Source: Thalia democratica (taxonomy: Eukaryota). From it: DNA of 64,000 nucleotides. A model generated the notes under the pieces. That model saw only the letters and a list, made by a program, of their open reading frames with translations. It was not told the origin of the DNA and ran no database searches. The stretch is from NCBI GenBank assembly GCA_965202585.1, contig OZ241828.1:37448001-37512000 (forward strand), given 5' to 3'. A program made the position numbers and the translations under genes. This document shows, piece after piece, positions 37,790 to 51,080 of the stretch (positions within the stretch are counted from its first letter, which is position 1; every line of letters begins with the position of its first letter).

Positions 37790-38360
37790 ACCGTTGATAA
37801 GGTTTCACTAAAAACAAAACTTTATCGGCTACACTGGCTCTGCCAGAGAGGCTAACAATTGCAAAATTACCATAACTAAAATATTCAAAATGCGCGGCGC
37901 CAGCACAACTTGATAACATGTTGTTGTATGAGAGTTCCAAACAGTCTCGCTCCCCGCAAATAAACTCTGAAATTAAGCGTGGCGGAAAAATTTCCACTTG
38001 CGCTGCGATTGCTATCGGCTTCTGCATAAAAAAAAACAAAGCTTAGGCGCTCAGCGATGGGATTACGCTGAAAATTGTCAGCGAGGAAAGGTGTTGCCTG
38101 CTGAATGTTTAATTTGGCCGTAAAAAGCGAAGAGCCGCAGTTTGCAGCCCGTACCTTTTTAATATTCATCGCTCTAATTCGCCGTGAATCGCAACTTTTG
38201 CCGCTTCGACCCGCCTGCAAGCAAACAAACGCGCTTCTGCAAATCGAAAAGGTTGCCGTTTGTTTACGTGACATGTTATGCTGTCAGTTTGCTTATTAAT
38301 ATTTAAAAAGGGATTATATTTTTATCCGTATTATGTTTGGAGTAAACACAAGGGCGCTTT
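37790..38360. promoter_or_regulatory. Downstream GC-rich non-coding island
   Basis: CpG-rich block with GGAAAAATTTCC (Rel/NFAT-like), GGATTA (K50 homeodomain-type) and GATA sites; no credible ORF. Confidence 0.35.
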
Positions 38361-40393
38361 CCTAAAGTCGTTAAAACTTTTGAAAGCAATAATAAATGAG
38401 CGAGAACAGTTGTTTTAGTTTGTTAAGAAGTTTAGTTCTTTTTTTATTAATGAAGTACTAAACATTGTCAGTGCTTTTAAGAACAATGTATTTAAAGAGT
38501 CTAAACAATTTTTTTACAGATTAAATTTTTACTACATGTTAAGAATAGTCTTTTATAAAACTTATGTTTGAGAAGTTCTATTTACACTTTTGATATTTAA
38601 TAAGCTTAAGCTAACAAAAAATTTTATACAAAATATGATTATCTTTATGATATTCCACTTAATCAACTGTTTCTGCTTTTTTACGACTTTAAAACTTTTG
38701 ACATAGTTTATGTTGAGAAAATAATGCATGACAAAATTTATAGTGATTAAAAAAACACTTTATTGAGGTAATAAAATTTTGTGTTATTAGACATAAAGTT
38801 ACTTTATTTTAGCTATTCCATATCTTTCAACGAGATTAGTGCATAAAAACTAGCATAAAAACTAAGTAGCCTTTATGCTGCTTTAACGACTTAGACCTAG
38901 CATTAAAATAGTTTTATGCTTGCGATTGTAAAATTGTTTATTTTTAAGCGTTAATATTGTTAAAGAACAATACTAAATTTAAATATACTTATACATACTT
39001 TAAATTTTCGGACATTTTTATTTGATATTCTACTTAATTTTGTTATAATTATTATAAAATATACACAATATTGATATATTCATATGATAACTCCAAAAGA
39101 CTAAGCGTAACTTTAATATCTAGTCGAGATTTTACATATTTTGATTAAAACTAACCAGAAAATTAACATTAGTTGTTTAAAAACACTTAATCTTTAATAG
39201 TCTTTCTTGAAATCAGAATTTTACTATTTAAGAAAGGTTTTACCAGCCCGACTAAAAAAATTCGTTGACAAAATACACCTAATTGCTTCAATCACTTTAT
39301 TTATAACCAATAACGTTTCAATATCCTATTAGCAAAGAACTTTATTTCGTACGAAAATGTTGTTTTGGAACGATTGGCCCTGTTAATCTTTTTTTTTGAA
39401 TTGATACCGTCTGAACATACTTACTTTACTTCTACAGTCTATTACATCATCAAAAAAAAGAAAATTATTGTTTTGGCAATTTTTAGATCTTTTAAAGGAC
39501 TAGTTTTTTTTGTACAAGTTATTTGAAAGTGTAAGCTTTCTAAAAATAACTGCATCATGTACTAAAAATTTTAAAAGTTTCAACTAGTTTTGGTAAACAC
39601 TTAGTTGTATGTTTTAGTTTTGTTAAAGTCCAGTTTAACTTAGAAAACTCTGAAAAATACAAGACAAAATTATAAATAAGATTTATTACTTTACGAACTC
39701 TAATAAATTGATATACTCTATAAGATATTTTCTTTATTTTTGTTACAAAACTTAGCTTAATGAAACATAAAATGTACTAAACTGTTTAAGATTTAATTTA
39801 GTTATACATCAACTTTGATTAATTTCTTAATATTCGTCATAGAAGTTATCGAATTTTAACCGCACTAAATTATCATAACTTCGTTACCATCAGTGTTTAA
39901 AATTGTTACAACGTACTTAAGCATGTTTGTTCCTAGAAAATAACAATAGTTCAGTCTTTCTAATAAAAAATATGAAGGTAATGGTGCAATTATAGGCTGA
40001 AAACAAATTAAATACCGAAAAATAAGATTTTTATAGCTCAAATTTCATGCTAGTAACAAAGTAACTTAGCTTGCGTCAAATATAGTTTTACTTTATGAAA
40101 AGTGAGCATAAAGAAACATTAAACATGAGCAGTTTATTAAAGAGTCTAAGTTCATGTAGTTAAATAAAATTGTGGCATGTAGATTTTCAGGTGTAAATTC
40201 AGGGTCCTTAGCCAGCAGTAAGTAAAAGATCTTTATCTAATATTTCATTCTCCTACAACGGCAGAATCACTCGAAAAAAAAATATTGCAACGACTTGCCC
40301 GGGACGTTTGAACCAAATTGCCGCTAAACGGTGTTTATGCTTCGGACCGGCCGCCACTTATCTGCAAAGCGATTGTAATTTGCCCGCTTCTCA

Positions 40394-40941
40394 TATAAAC
40401 TTCTTCGTACAAAGTTATAACCAGTGGTAGCATATATATATATTAAGGGGGAATTCTAAACACGTTTCTTATGAAAACAAACCGACGATGAAAAGCGAAA
40501 CTGCCCGGGCGACATCGCGGTCTGCAACCGAATTAAGTACATAATGGGCCGCGGTGTCTAATACGAAATAGATTTACAAAACGCCTCAGATACAGTCGGC
40601 ACCGGCTTTATAGACGGGTTAGCGTAATAATAAAGATGCAGTCGCGATAAAGTCGCCTTCGCAACGGCGATTTCTGTATCTTCGCTCTGAATCAAAAGTA
40701 AACAAGCTTATGCTTTAAAGATGCGTGTTCTTCTGTGTTGAATTGCTCGCAGTGTTTTTTTTTCTAAATCGTTCGAATTTAGCTTCCTGGCGAAACTTTA
40801 AGCTGATCAGTGGATAAATATTCCTCTCTTTGAACAACTAGGTTTTTATGAATGGCTTTTTGTTTGGGTAGCGAAGCCTACCTGGTTTGAATTCCAAAGC
40901 TCAAACAGTGACGAGTCTATCTTTGCGAGCACCAGGTGAGT
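40394..40941 (+). other. Candidate promoter plus first exon of a non-coding transcript
   Basis: TATAAA at 40394 and CCAGT with A at 40423 (29 nt apart), a CpG-rich body with only very short ORFs, and a consensus donor CAG|GTGAGT at 40936. Confidence 0.3.
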
Positions 40942-42931
40942 TTAGACACCTAGACGATTAAATTTGATGCTAATCTTTTTTTATTAACTTTGGTAGGACT
41001 TTTTATTACTGACTTAGAAAGCTTCCACTTAAGTCATCGTTTAAACATTATTTTTTAACCTCGTGTAAATAATTTGATTTTTTCACAGTAATTGCTTTGC
41101 GTAGTTTCATTTAAATACTTAAGGCATATTATCTCAAAAATTTAACATTAAATTACCATTAAAGTTTTTTTAGCATCTTTTTTTTAAATCTGTAAGAGCT
41201 TCTTTTGTTTTGTACCATTTAAGGTTAAGTTGTAAAAAATATATAAATAAATACAGCGTTAAACACTTTTACAATAAATGTTAGTCTTTCTTAATGACTT
41301 TGATTACAATAGAATAATTTTAAGAAAACTTGTTTAACAGTTTTAAGCCAAGGAAGTGTTACAAAAGTTTTTGTTTCATTAGTTTAACCAATATTTTTTT
41401 ATTCTTTAAAGATACAAGAAAATTCCTTTTTCCTTTGGAAAGTACAATAACTTAGATTCTAAATCTTGAACACTAGTTAATTTTGTAAGCATTTTTTTTA
41501 GCTATTGTAAGAGAACTAAAATAAATGTAAGAGTTTTGAATGTTGTATTATACAAAAGTAAACTTTGTGCATTTATGTATTAAAATCAGAGTGTAGTTAA
41601 CATTTCAATTGCAGTATTTTTTTGCCGTATTTTTTTTTGTTTTTTGCTTATTTGTTATTGAAAAGTAGTTCCTTTAAAAACATAAGTTTTATAGTTTGTT
41701 TGTTTAAAGTTGTGATATTTTTAGTTTTGAAACCTAATAACAGTCTAGCGTAATCCAAATAGATAAAAAGTAACAAGTTGTATAATATTTAGCATAAACC
41801 GACTGTGCTTACATGAGCAATAATGAAACGTAAACATTGTTAACAAAAATACCTCACGTGTGTTAGAATGTCCATAAAAAGTTTGATACTTCTACTACTG
41901 TTAAATTTGGAGTTTTATTTTTAACATAAGACTTGCTTAAGTTCATGAAATTTTTTATTAAATTGTTTCAGTTCTTATGAACTTAGCAACTAGTGCGCTT
42001 CTAATTAAAATGTAATATATGATAAAGTTTCAAAAACAAGACTTTTTACTGACTTTATTATTTATCACTTTTTCTTAAAAGATGGTAAACATCTACTTCA
42101 AAGTTTTTCACTTTCTTGTAAATATATCAACAACTGATTCAAAGCTTTTAAATTTAGTTCCGTAGTTTATTTTTAGTAAATCTCTATTTTAATGTACCAA
42201 AAAACTGTGTTTAAGTTTATTACACTTTAATGAATTGCTGGGTATACATTAAATTAAAGTGTGTTTACTTTTATACTACAGAATTTTACGGGTCACTTAA
42301 ATTGTTAAATACTACAATAGATTTTTATAGTTTAAACAAAATACTTAAGAATTATGTCAAACTGTACAAAACTAGTGTTAAAAGTACTAACTCTTGATAG
42401 TTAAAATATTTATGCACTGTTGAAGTAACTAAAATACCATTATAAAAAAATTTTCTAATTTTGATTTTTTTTCTAGATTATAATTAATTTAAAAACTCTC
42501 GTTTTAAAGATATTGTTTATTAAGTACATTTAAAAAAATTTTTTCTTATTTATTTTAAACAATTATAAACTTTAATATATAAAAGTTATAAAACTACTCG
42601 ATTCAAAGATGTGTAAATTTTTATGGATAATAAATAGTAAATACTGCAGATAGTTGATAATACTTGTTAACTTTTGTTACGTTATCTTCATAGCTTCACT
42701 CATAAAAGAAAAACTTCAGATGAAAAACTGATTTTTCAAAATTAATGAAACTATCTTTTTTACTTTGCTTCTAAAGCTAATTAAGTTAATTAATTAAAAA
42801 CTTACACTCCGAAAAGATGTTTTACGGTATATTGAAAAAACACTTTATAAACCCGTTTATAAAACTAAGAACATTTTTTATTTGGTTAGGCTTTGCCAAC
42901 TAGGCGTTTCTGCTTTTAGATAACTGTTTTA

Positions 42932-43012
42932 TTGTTTATTGAACGACAAAAAAGCGCTCAAAAAGTTTGGTTTAAGGACCTTGACTACAAAAAAAAGCTT
43001 TCGGTTATCGAG
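42932..43012 (+). repeat. Dispersed repeat family R1, fragment
   Basis: TTGTTTATTGAACGACAAAAAAGCGCTCAAAAAGTTTGGTTTAAGGACC...TTCGGTTATCGAG matches the reverse complement of the 10.1-kb copy. Confidence 0.75.
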
Positions 43013-43319
43013 ATAACACTTTAATTTTATCGTATTTATGTAATTATAAGTTTTTAGAAATTTCTTTAAATTTGAACTGATTGTTATTCCTCAGTATATA
43101 CAAAATTGTATACTTTTTTTTTTGATTATTTTCATACATTGCTTTGAAAACACTTAGAAAATTAAGACTTTTATTTTTTACTAACATAATGTTAATGTAA
43201 ACAAATCACTATTGTTTATATATTATTATTTTTAATTAACCTATCATAAAAATATAAAATGTTTAAATTTTCAGTGTCTAATTAAAAATTCATTATCAAA
43301 AAAAAACACAAAGTCTGTT

Positions 43320-44150
43320 TTCACTGGTAACCTTTGAGCGAACACTGCTGGCAAATTAGCTCTCAGTTGTTACTCAATATCATAACCGGCTCGCAAAAAG
43401 AAAACAAAACGCGAAATGATCAATCATACTTCTTCTCATGCTGCTACCGAAATGTGTGACGTGAGTTTGGAGGCAATGGTCGAAACTAATCAGCGACTTT
43501 TCAGGGTATTTTCTTTCAAAGCAACTTTTTTTCTTTCTGAGTTGACCTGCCTTTCGCCCCGCGTCAAAATTAAAAAGCACTTCTGCGAGCGCACCTTGAT
43601 TGCAAGTTGCACCGCTCGCACCTGTGAGCTGTGATTGCCGTAAACAAAACATCAGATGCGGCGTGCAGCAGTTCGCAGCCTTCTAGTTTGCGCTAAGTGT
43701 AAGCTAAGCTTCTTGCCCTCATCCTGAAACCGCGAGTGTTAATTTAAACCTTAAACTTATTATGATGTGTTTTGTTTTGAACGCTGGCGGCGTGAGCTAC
43801 CACTGTTCATTCACTGTTTCACAGGTAGCTAGCTATACTTACGTCAAAAACAAGTTTTTTTGTTAATTAAATTACTTTTCAACTGCCTTGCCACCCCGGA
43901 GCGCAGCGGAAATGCCCATAGAAAGTTCTGGTTGCGGCGGAAGGCAATTTGCGAGCCGAGAAATGTGACTAAGCTGCAGAGATAAAATCTTTGCAGATAT
44001 TTTCCCGTACATCATTACCCTATCTCATTCTCGCCGCAACGACCGCTGCTTTATCTAATTCGTTTAAAACGTGTTCCAAGCACATTTTCCTACATCCCAG
44101 CTCCATTGTGACATTTCGGATTTTCTATTGAGTTGATGTGTGCCAAAGTT
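43320..44150. promoter_or_regulatory. Downstream GC-rich non-coding island
   Basis: CpG-rich, with ATCAATCA (Pbx-type) near 43418, several GATA sites at 43979-44058, and an Ets-type CGGAA; no supported ORF. Confidence 0.35.
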
Positions 44151-45269
44151 TGTTAAACACCTTAATCTCCCTGTTTCGTTACGTTTTCTGTCAAGGGCAG
44201 CGATTGTTTTAATTGCAGTTTTGTTGTGTACATACACAGTGTTTTTAATATTTTCAAATATGATACTTTGTAAGAAAATGTTTACACAATATCTTTACAC
44301 TTGTAAGTATTTAAGGTTGATTAGAGTTTTATATTTAAGTTATAGGTTTAAGTACAGTTGACGCTAATATACTATAAAAGTTTTACCATTAGTTTTTTAA
44401 TTTTATTTTTCTTAAATACTAAATTATTATGTTTTTAACTTTATAAACCTGTTATCAAAGTATATAAAAAATATGTAGCTTTTTAAAGGTAGCAAAATAC
44501 ATTTTTATTTAATACTTTTCTTACAATACTTTTTTTATAAATGAAAAAAATTTACTATAGCATCTTAACATTAAAAAAAAATTTTTTTGACTTCTAAACT
44601 TTTGTTGAAACTTTAAGTAAAAGTTTTTCATTGGTTCCAGCTGTTTAAGAGTTTACTAGAAGATATAAGCTTTATTTTATTTTAGTAAGATCTTTGACTG
44701 TAAACAACTTTAATTAAACTCTAAAAAACTGCTTATAACAATTGTTGTGAAAATTACTCATTATTACTAAAAATTTAAATGAAACTAATGATTTACGTAC
44801 TCGCTTCTAAAAATTCATAGATTTTAATAGTAAAACTATTAGCGGTAAAGGAACATTATACGGTATTAAGCATATCTAGACAGTGATCAGATTTTTATTT
44901 CTAGACAGCTCTGTGATTCATTTATGAAATGACATTGTACAAGTTGGTAACATCCATTAGATTATTAACTTTGTCATGACATTAAAAACGTTAACAATGT
45001 ATCTATTTAAGATCAGAAGTACTTAGTTTAATATAATTTTCAAATTAATGAAGTTTTAAAACTATTAGGAAACTAAAAATGTTTTGAAGTAAAGTGTTTT
45101 ATATGTTAAACTAAAGAAAAATCAACTTAAATGTCAGATTACTTGCAATTCACATATGTAAAACCTTTAGTCGCAGCAAAATCTAAATGACCACTAACTC
45201 ATATAAAGTTCAACCACTTACGTTTTTTTAAATAAAAGAAAATTAAGTTGTCAAAATCTCGACTAAACC

Positions 45270-45660
45270 CAAGATAAAAGCCTCGCGCAAGCAGGGTACG
45301 AAAATAAATCGGCGTAAGAATAAATTTATCAGCAAATTTAATTCAGATCAGTCGTGAGATTTGGCCAATTAGCTGCTTGAGAAAGCCGCGTGTTTGTTCG
45401 TTTATTGTTTGAGCAAATGATCTGATCCGAGGCAGATCAAAGACACTTTTTTTCATTTGCGCGCGGTACCTCTATAACGATCAGATCTGCTGCAAGATCT
45501 CGCAGCGTCCACTCTCTAAGCGGTTAATTCTGAGCGGTGAGATTTTATTTTTGGACGCGATCAAAAGCGAATCGGACGTCGGCGAGAGAAGATCACGGGG
45601 AGAGATAGCGCGGGACGTGGAGACAAGCTCTTCTGAGATGCGCTCTCGCTCTTCTGAGAG
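45270..45660. promoter_or_regulatory. GATC/AGAT-dense homotypic site cluster
   Basis: GATC at 45346, 45419, 45424, 45435, 45479, 45484, 45496, 45559 and 45591, plus AGATAA (45272), TTATCA (45326) and AGATAG (45603). Confidence 0.55.
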
Positions 45661-48483
45661 GTCGTTAGCTAGACTGCTTTCGGATGTCTTGGCCGGTCAC
45701 CCCTGCTTGTTTCATCTCTTGAATCCGTCAAAAAAAAAATCGAGTAAAAATTTTAAACTCGATGACAACTCGTTTGATCGGCTGACTTCTTGCTGAGGCT
45801 CACAACAAACAATCGTGAAATCGTCGAGCGTCTGACGACACCAAGCGGATAGAAAAAAAGTTTTTCATTCTGTTTTTTTAGAAAACACAAAAAAGAAACA
45901 GGTTCGTTTATTCTTATGGATAATGTTTAAATAAGTTTATAAAATTTCAAAAATTAACAATATAAAATGAATTGAACTTGTAACAGGTATTTAAGTAATT
46001 TCGTACAAATGTTGCGTAATTTGTCTCCTTAAACGCATGAGTTTTTACTTATTTTTTTGCAAGTATTACATAACATTAAACATTAAAAATTTTTTCTATT
46101 AAATATACATCTTCTTTAAGTTTTGTATAGTTATATAATGAATTTTTTTTTACTAAGTTGATTTTAGTAAAATTTAAATAAATAAAAAACTAAAACACAA
46201 TTTTTTATTTTATTTTTACTTTATACTTATAATACCTAAAATATAGTTCTGTATATAAAAACTTCAAACTCTTATCTTAAGTATGGTTTAAAAAATTATA
46301 TTCTAAACACTTTTGTAAAGTCTTTCTAGTACTTTTTAACAACCAGCCAACAAAATAAAAGTTCATTTCGTTTGCAATAATTTTTAAGATATACAAATTC
46401 ACTGCAAAAATATTTTTATATAGTTTAATTGGCTTTAAACTATAAAAAAGTACTTTTTAAAAAATAATAAAAGGTTGTAACAGTACAAGTTGTTTTTAAA
46501 ATTAAAAAATATTCAATTAGTTTAAAATAAACTAATATTTGTAGATATTGTTATCAAAATATCATTTCTATTAAAAAAAATCAGTCGAAAGTACCCATTA
46601 TAAATATTTTTAATGATCGAAGAGATCACCATTTTAGACAACTATTTATGCGTTTACACTACTACATTGCTGAAGCTTCAGTACTTTGAAAACTGTTTGA
46701 AAACCCGAATGAACTTGTATGAATGAAGCTTGAGAATTGTAATCTGATATATTTGATAAACTTAAACGGAAGCTGGTATTGTAATACGGTTCCAAATTAT
46801 GTCATTTGGTTTGTATTTTGCTTTGTTAAATGATCATAACTGCTACAACTACTTCATTCATAAATGTCATTTAAGCTGAAAATGTACCAGAAACAGATAC
46901 TTTATTTTGAGTTAAATGACAAGCTAAGTTTTTAATCAAAAAAAAAAAAACTTTTATTATTTTTACAATATTAAGTGTAAGTTTTTAAACATTGGCAAAT
47001 GTCATTTAAATTGAAAGCAAACTGTTTACTATAATTTGCCTAATTATTTAGTACTTCTAATATTGAAAAAAAGTCTTAACTTTTTTTTTCTCTATTACTT
47101 AAAGTACATTATAAAAGTATAGAAAGAAACTTTATAAAGTGTAAATGCTAAAAAAACATTTGTTTCAACTTTTAAACAAGTTCATTATATTTATTTTAAA
47201 GAAAACCGATGATCATACTTTTAAAATCATAAATCAAACTCGTTATCCAATTAAATTTTTCGAAAATTTTAATATAAGCAAATATTTTGAAGTTGTACTG
47301 AATAAGTTTAGAATTATCTTTTTAAGTTTAAAATTTTGTAACCTCTTTTAACTTTTCTTCAGTTGTTAGTACTTAATAAGTAAACTTCGACATTAAAACG
47401 GTTTTATTCAACATAAAAAACAAAACTAAAATTGAACACCCTTCTCTTTACATTTCCCTATTAAAACTGAATTGTTTTTATTCTAATATATGTTTCAATT
47501 AGTTTTTTTAAGCTAACTTGTAGTTTTAAAAGAAGCCTATGAAATTGACAAAGCTACTTAAAAGCTCTCATTTTAAAACTTTTTTAGTTAGTAACTGCTT
47601 TTACATTTAATGATTTCAAACTATGTTAGCTAGACTTCGTTTTGACACTTTAGATAGTCTTTATTTTTAAATTTTTTGTACTTTAAAATGTTGAATGTAT
47701 GATATACAAAATTAATACTTAAATTCATACTGAAATTAAATTTAATTTTACAATAAATTTATGAAAAAAACTGACGTTTTTTAATTAATATTTATTTAAA
47801 ACTACATTTTAATGAAAACATTGATTTGATTATTAAAATATTAATTTAGTAACAAGCTTTTAAAGCGTTTTTTTAAATTTAGCTTCTTAAAATCTATTAA
47901 ATTTATAAGTTTTGAGTTTAAATAAGCACTAGTTTATGAAAGAAACTTTACTAATATTGTTCACCATCAAAACTTATTTCATAACGAACCTGGTCAAAAT
48001 TACTACTCGTTTATCTTTATTTAGATATATTAAATTTACATAGAATAGTATCTGCATATTTTGTATAGCTTTATTGTAGTCAAGTTTTACAAAAAGTGCT
48101 GAGTATTAACAAAAATTTAGTTGATTTAATAGTAATAATAACTAACATTATAATACATTATATAAAAAAAATTATATAAATTAAATACAATTTAATAGTA
48201 CTACATTTTTGTTGTTTAAAGTCTTAAAAAACTGAATAAAGTCAATGTTTTGAGCATGCGTAAAAATTTTTTAAATTCAAAATGTTACATTTTTGCTTTC
48301 TATATAAATGTTAAAATCTACCTCAGTATTTATATATTTTTTCAAACGTATATTAATTGTTTTGTCGATTAGCTTTTCACAAAATACTTACTTGTACAAA
48401 ATATTTTCACTTTAAAAAAAACTAACTTTTTTTTTATAAATAGTATACAGAAGTGTATTTAAATGTTTTCAATAATAAATACA

Positions 48484-49053
48484 TTACTAAAAATATATAA
48501 CAGAGTGCATTTCATTTTGTTTAAATTTGTTTAAGTACTTTCAAATAGGACTCGTCAGAAATTGTTTCCTACTGGATTGCAATGAATACAAATTAAAATA
48601 AAATTATACTACAGTTTAAAGTTTTAAGATATAAAATGACGTAATAATCAAAAGTTTAAAATTAAATAAGTTCTAATGCTAAACAAATTTGGTATACTAA
48701 TAAAACTCGGTAGAATTAAAACATTCTAAATAAAGAAGCGATAAAAAATTTTTAAATTAAAACTATGCTTAAAAATAATAAATAAAATTTTTTTATCGCT
48801 TCTTTAATTAGAATGTTTTAATTCTACCGAGTTTTATTAGTATACCAAATTTGTTTAGCATTAGAACTTATTTAATTTTAAACTTTTGATTATTACGTCA
48901 TTTTATATCTTAAAACTTTAAACTGTAGTATAATTTTATTTCAATTTGTATTCATTGCAATCCAGTAGGAAACAATTTCTGACGAGTCCTATTTGAAAGT
49001 ACTTAAATAAATTTAAACAAAATGAAATGCACTCTGTTATATATTTTTAGTAA
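48484..49053. repeat. 570-bp near-perfect palindrome (fold-back); possibly a TA-flanked MITE
   Basis: Left arm 48484-48753 and right arm 48784-49053 with a 30-nt spacer and about 4 differences by eye. Reads TA|CTAAAAAT...ATTTTTAG|TA at the ends. Confidence 0.92.
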
Positions 49054-50192
49054 GTTATGCACCGGAAAAAAGCTGTTCAAATAAATACATTATAAGACGT
49101 TTTGTTTCGTAAACTTGTGAATATATGTTATTTGCATCATACTTTATCGGTTATATATACAAAAGTTTAACACTTAATTTATACTAATATTTTTTTTTTT
49201 GATTATAAAGCTAAATTATTTTTAAATAAAATGGAAATCAAGCCAAAACATAAAGTTACAAAGATCAAGTTTAACAAAAGTTATACACTGTTCTAACAAA
49301 ACTTTATAAATTTCATACACTCAGTAAAGCTGCTTTAACATAATTTCAAAGATAAATTATCAGCTATTGATATATTAAAGGATGTAATTGCTTAACTTTC
49401 GGATGTTTGACAGCACCATTTTATTCAGGTGAGATGTTTATTTTACTTCGAATAGTTTTGTTATTTAAATCCTTTAAGTTAAAAAGCTAACAACTTTGTT
49501 TGCTTTGTATTAGCAACGTATTAATACGTGCTATTGTTCAGTTTGTTACTTGAACCTAGTAAAGATAGGTTTATTCGTGCTTTTGCCTCGAGTTAATTTG
49601 ATTTTTATTGTGAAACTACTTTAACCAAGTTTAAATTTATTTCTTTATAACAGGTAATTTACTAGCTGATTGCTTTTAGTGCACGATTTAATTTAGTTTT
49701 CACCGTAATTAGACTGCAAACATCAAAGTTATCAAGCTGAAAACGCATGTATTTATATTAAAGCAATAAACCCATTGCAAACTTTATGTGGACTAAATAT
49801 GCAAAAGGTATTAAAAGTCAACATTAAAAGCACTTAACGTTCGGTGTGCTTTGAATTTGTTAATGTTAATCTTCCGACTCAATATACAGCCGCGCGCCGA
49901 GATAACACAGTGATCGCATTTGATAACGAAACATGTTAGCATTAAATTTAATAAATATACACACAAATGTGTATCAGAAACGCACATGTTTTATTGAAAC
50001 ACATCAAGCTCATCATTTCACCCTGCTAAGCAAGTTATCGAAAGCAGATATTGTTCCGATGCGAATCTAATCTTCTTCATCTTTTTTATTGCTGAGATCA
50101 AAGCGATGGTGAGATGCTGTGATTAAAAGCTTAATCGCGGGAGGGGATCTCGAATAAAAACACAGTTTCGCCGGACTTCTGAAACATTTTGC

Positions 50193-50361
50193 TTGTTTAC
50201 ACAAATTGACAAATTGAAAGGTGATGAAGAACTTCAATGGCTTTTTTGCTCAAACATTTCATGCCCACCTTTAATAAGAAAAGAGAGGTGATTTGGCTAA
50301 CGAGTTAATTTTCGATGAGAGTCTTTCGCCTAACGACTTGCGGTGTGACCAATCGCTTCAA
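50193..50361 (-). promoter_or_regulatory. Paralogous module B' (downstream inverted copy)
   Basis: The reverse complement is 165/169 identical to 30561-30729. Confidence 0.9.
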
Positions 50362-50639
50362 GTGTTGTGTACACGAGTTGTAGAATCAAAACAAAACAAA
50401 GAAAAAAATGTGTGCTTTTGAACAAGCTTTTTAAATCCTGTCAAAATTATATTAAGCTTACATCAAAGTTTATACGCAAAAGCTAAAGTTAAGTTTCTTA
50501 GTTTCATTTTTAAAAATACACAAGAAAATTTACAAAAGCAAATTTGCTTTAATTGTTTGTTTATTAAATAGTATTTAATGTTTCATGTATATATATATAT
50601 ATTCGTCTCGCTATACTATGATTTCTCATATTGTTCGTT

Positions 50640-50735
50640 TCTCTGTGTGAATAGGAACATTAAATTCAAAAGCCATTTTCCATAATGCCTATCTCCACTG
50701 GTATCTTTTGGTGAAAATCATTAGACGAAATTAGC
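50640..50735 (-). promoter_or_regulatory. Paralogous module C' (downstream inverted copy)
   Basis: Ordered block match to 29403-29505, including GCCTATCTCCAC (50687-50698), the reverse complement of 29444-29455. Confidence 0.65.
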
Positions 50736-50971
50736 CGACGTGTAAAAATAAATAACACGGTTTTTATCAATAACATTGAAATGATACGCTTATTTATTCT
50801 GCCGTGAGTGTTCAGCGGTCGACAAATGCGCTGCAGAACGGATATTTTTAGAAGCCTGTGGCCTCAGAATAAACAAATTTAAATGTTAGCGGTACGAATA
50901 ACATGCACAGAAATTACCTATAACCGTTCGATTTTTTCTTCCCAGATTAGCAACTGAACTTCATTCTTAAG

Positions 50972-51080
50972 AAAGTAGATTATTGTTGAAATTAAGCTGC
51001 TTATCGTATTTCGATATTGATCACGAAACTTACCTCTAAGGTAATAACATGAAAATCATTAAGATTAGGTTGTCCCGGCG
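50972..51080 (-). promoter_or_regulatory. Paralogous module D' (downstream inverted copy)
   Basis: AAAGTAGA (50972-79), GCTTAT-N6-TCGATA (50999-51016) and TAGG..GTCCC (to 51076) mirror 28406-28506. Confidence 0.45.

Noticed and set aside
45551-45796. 81-aa ORF in the GATC cluster
   Set aside because: TTG start, low-complexity Ser/Arg content derived from the repeated motifs, and no splice or domain support.
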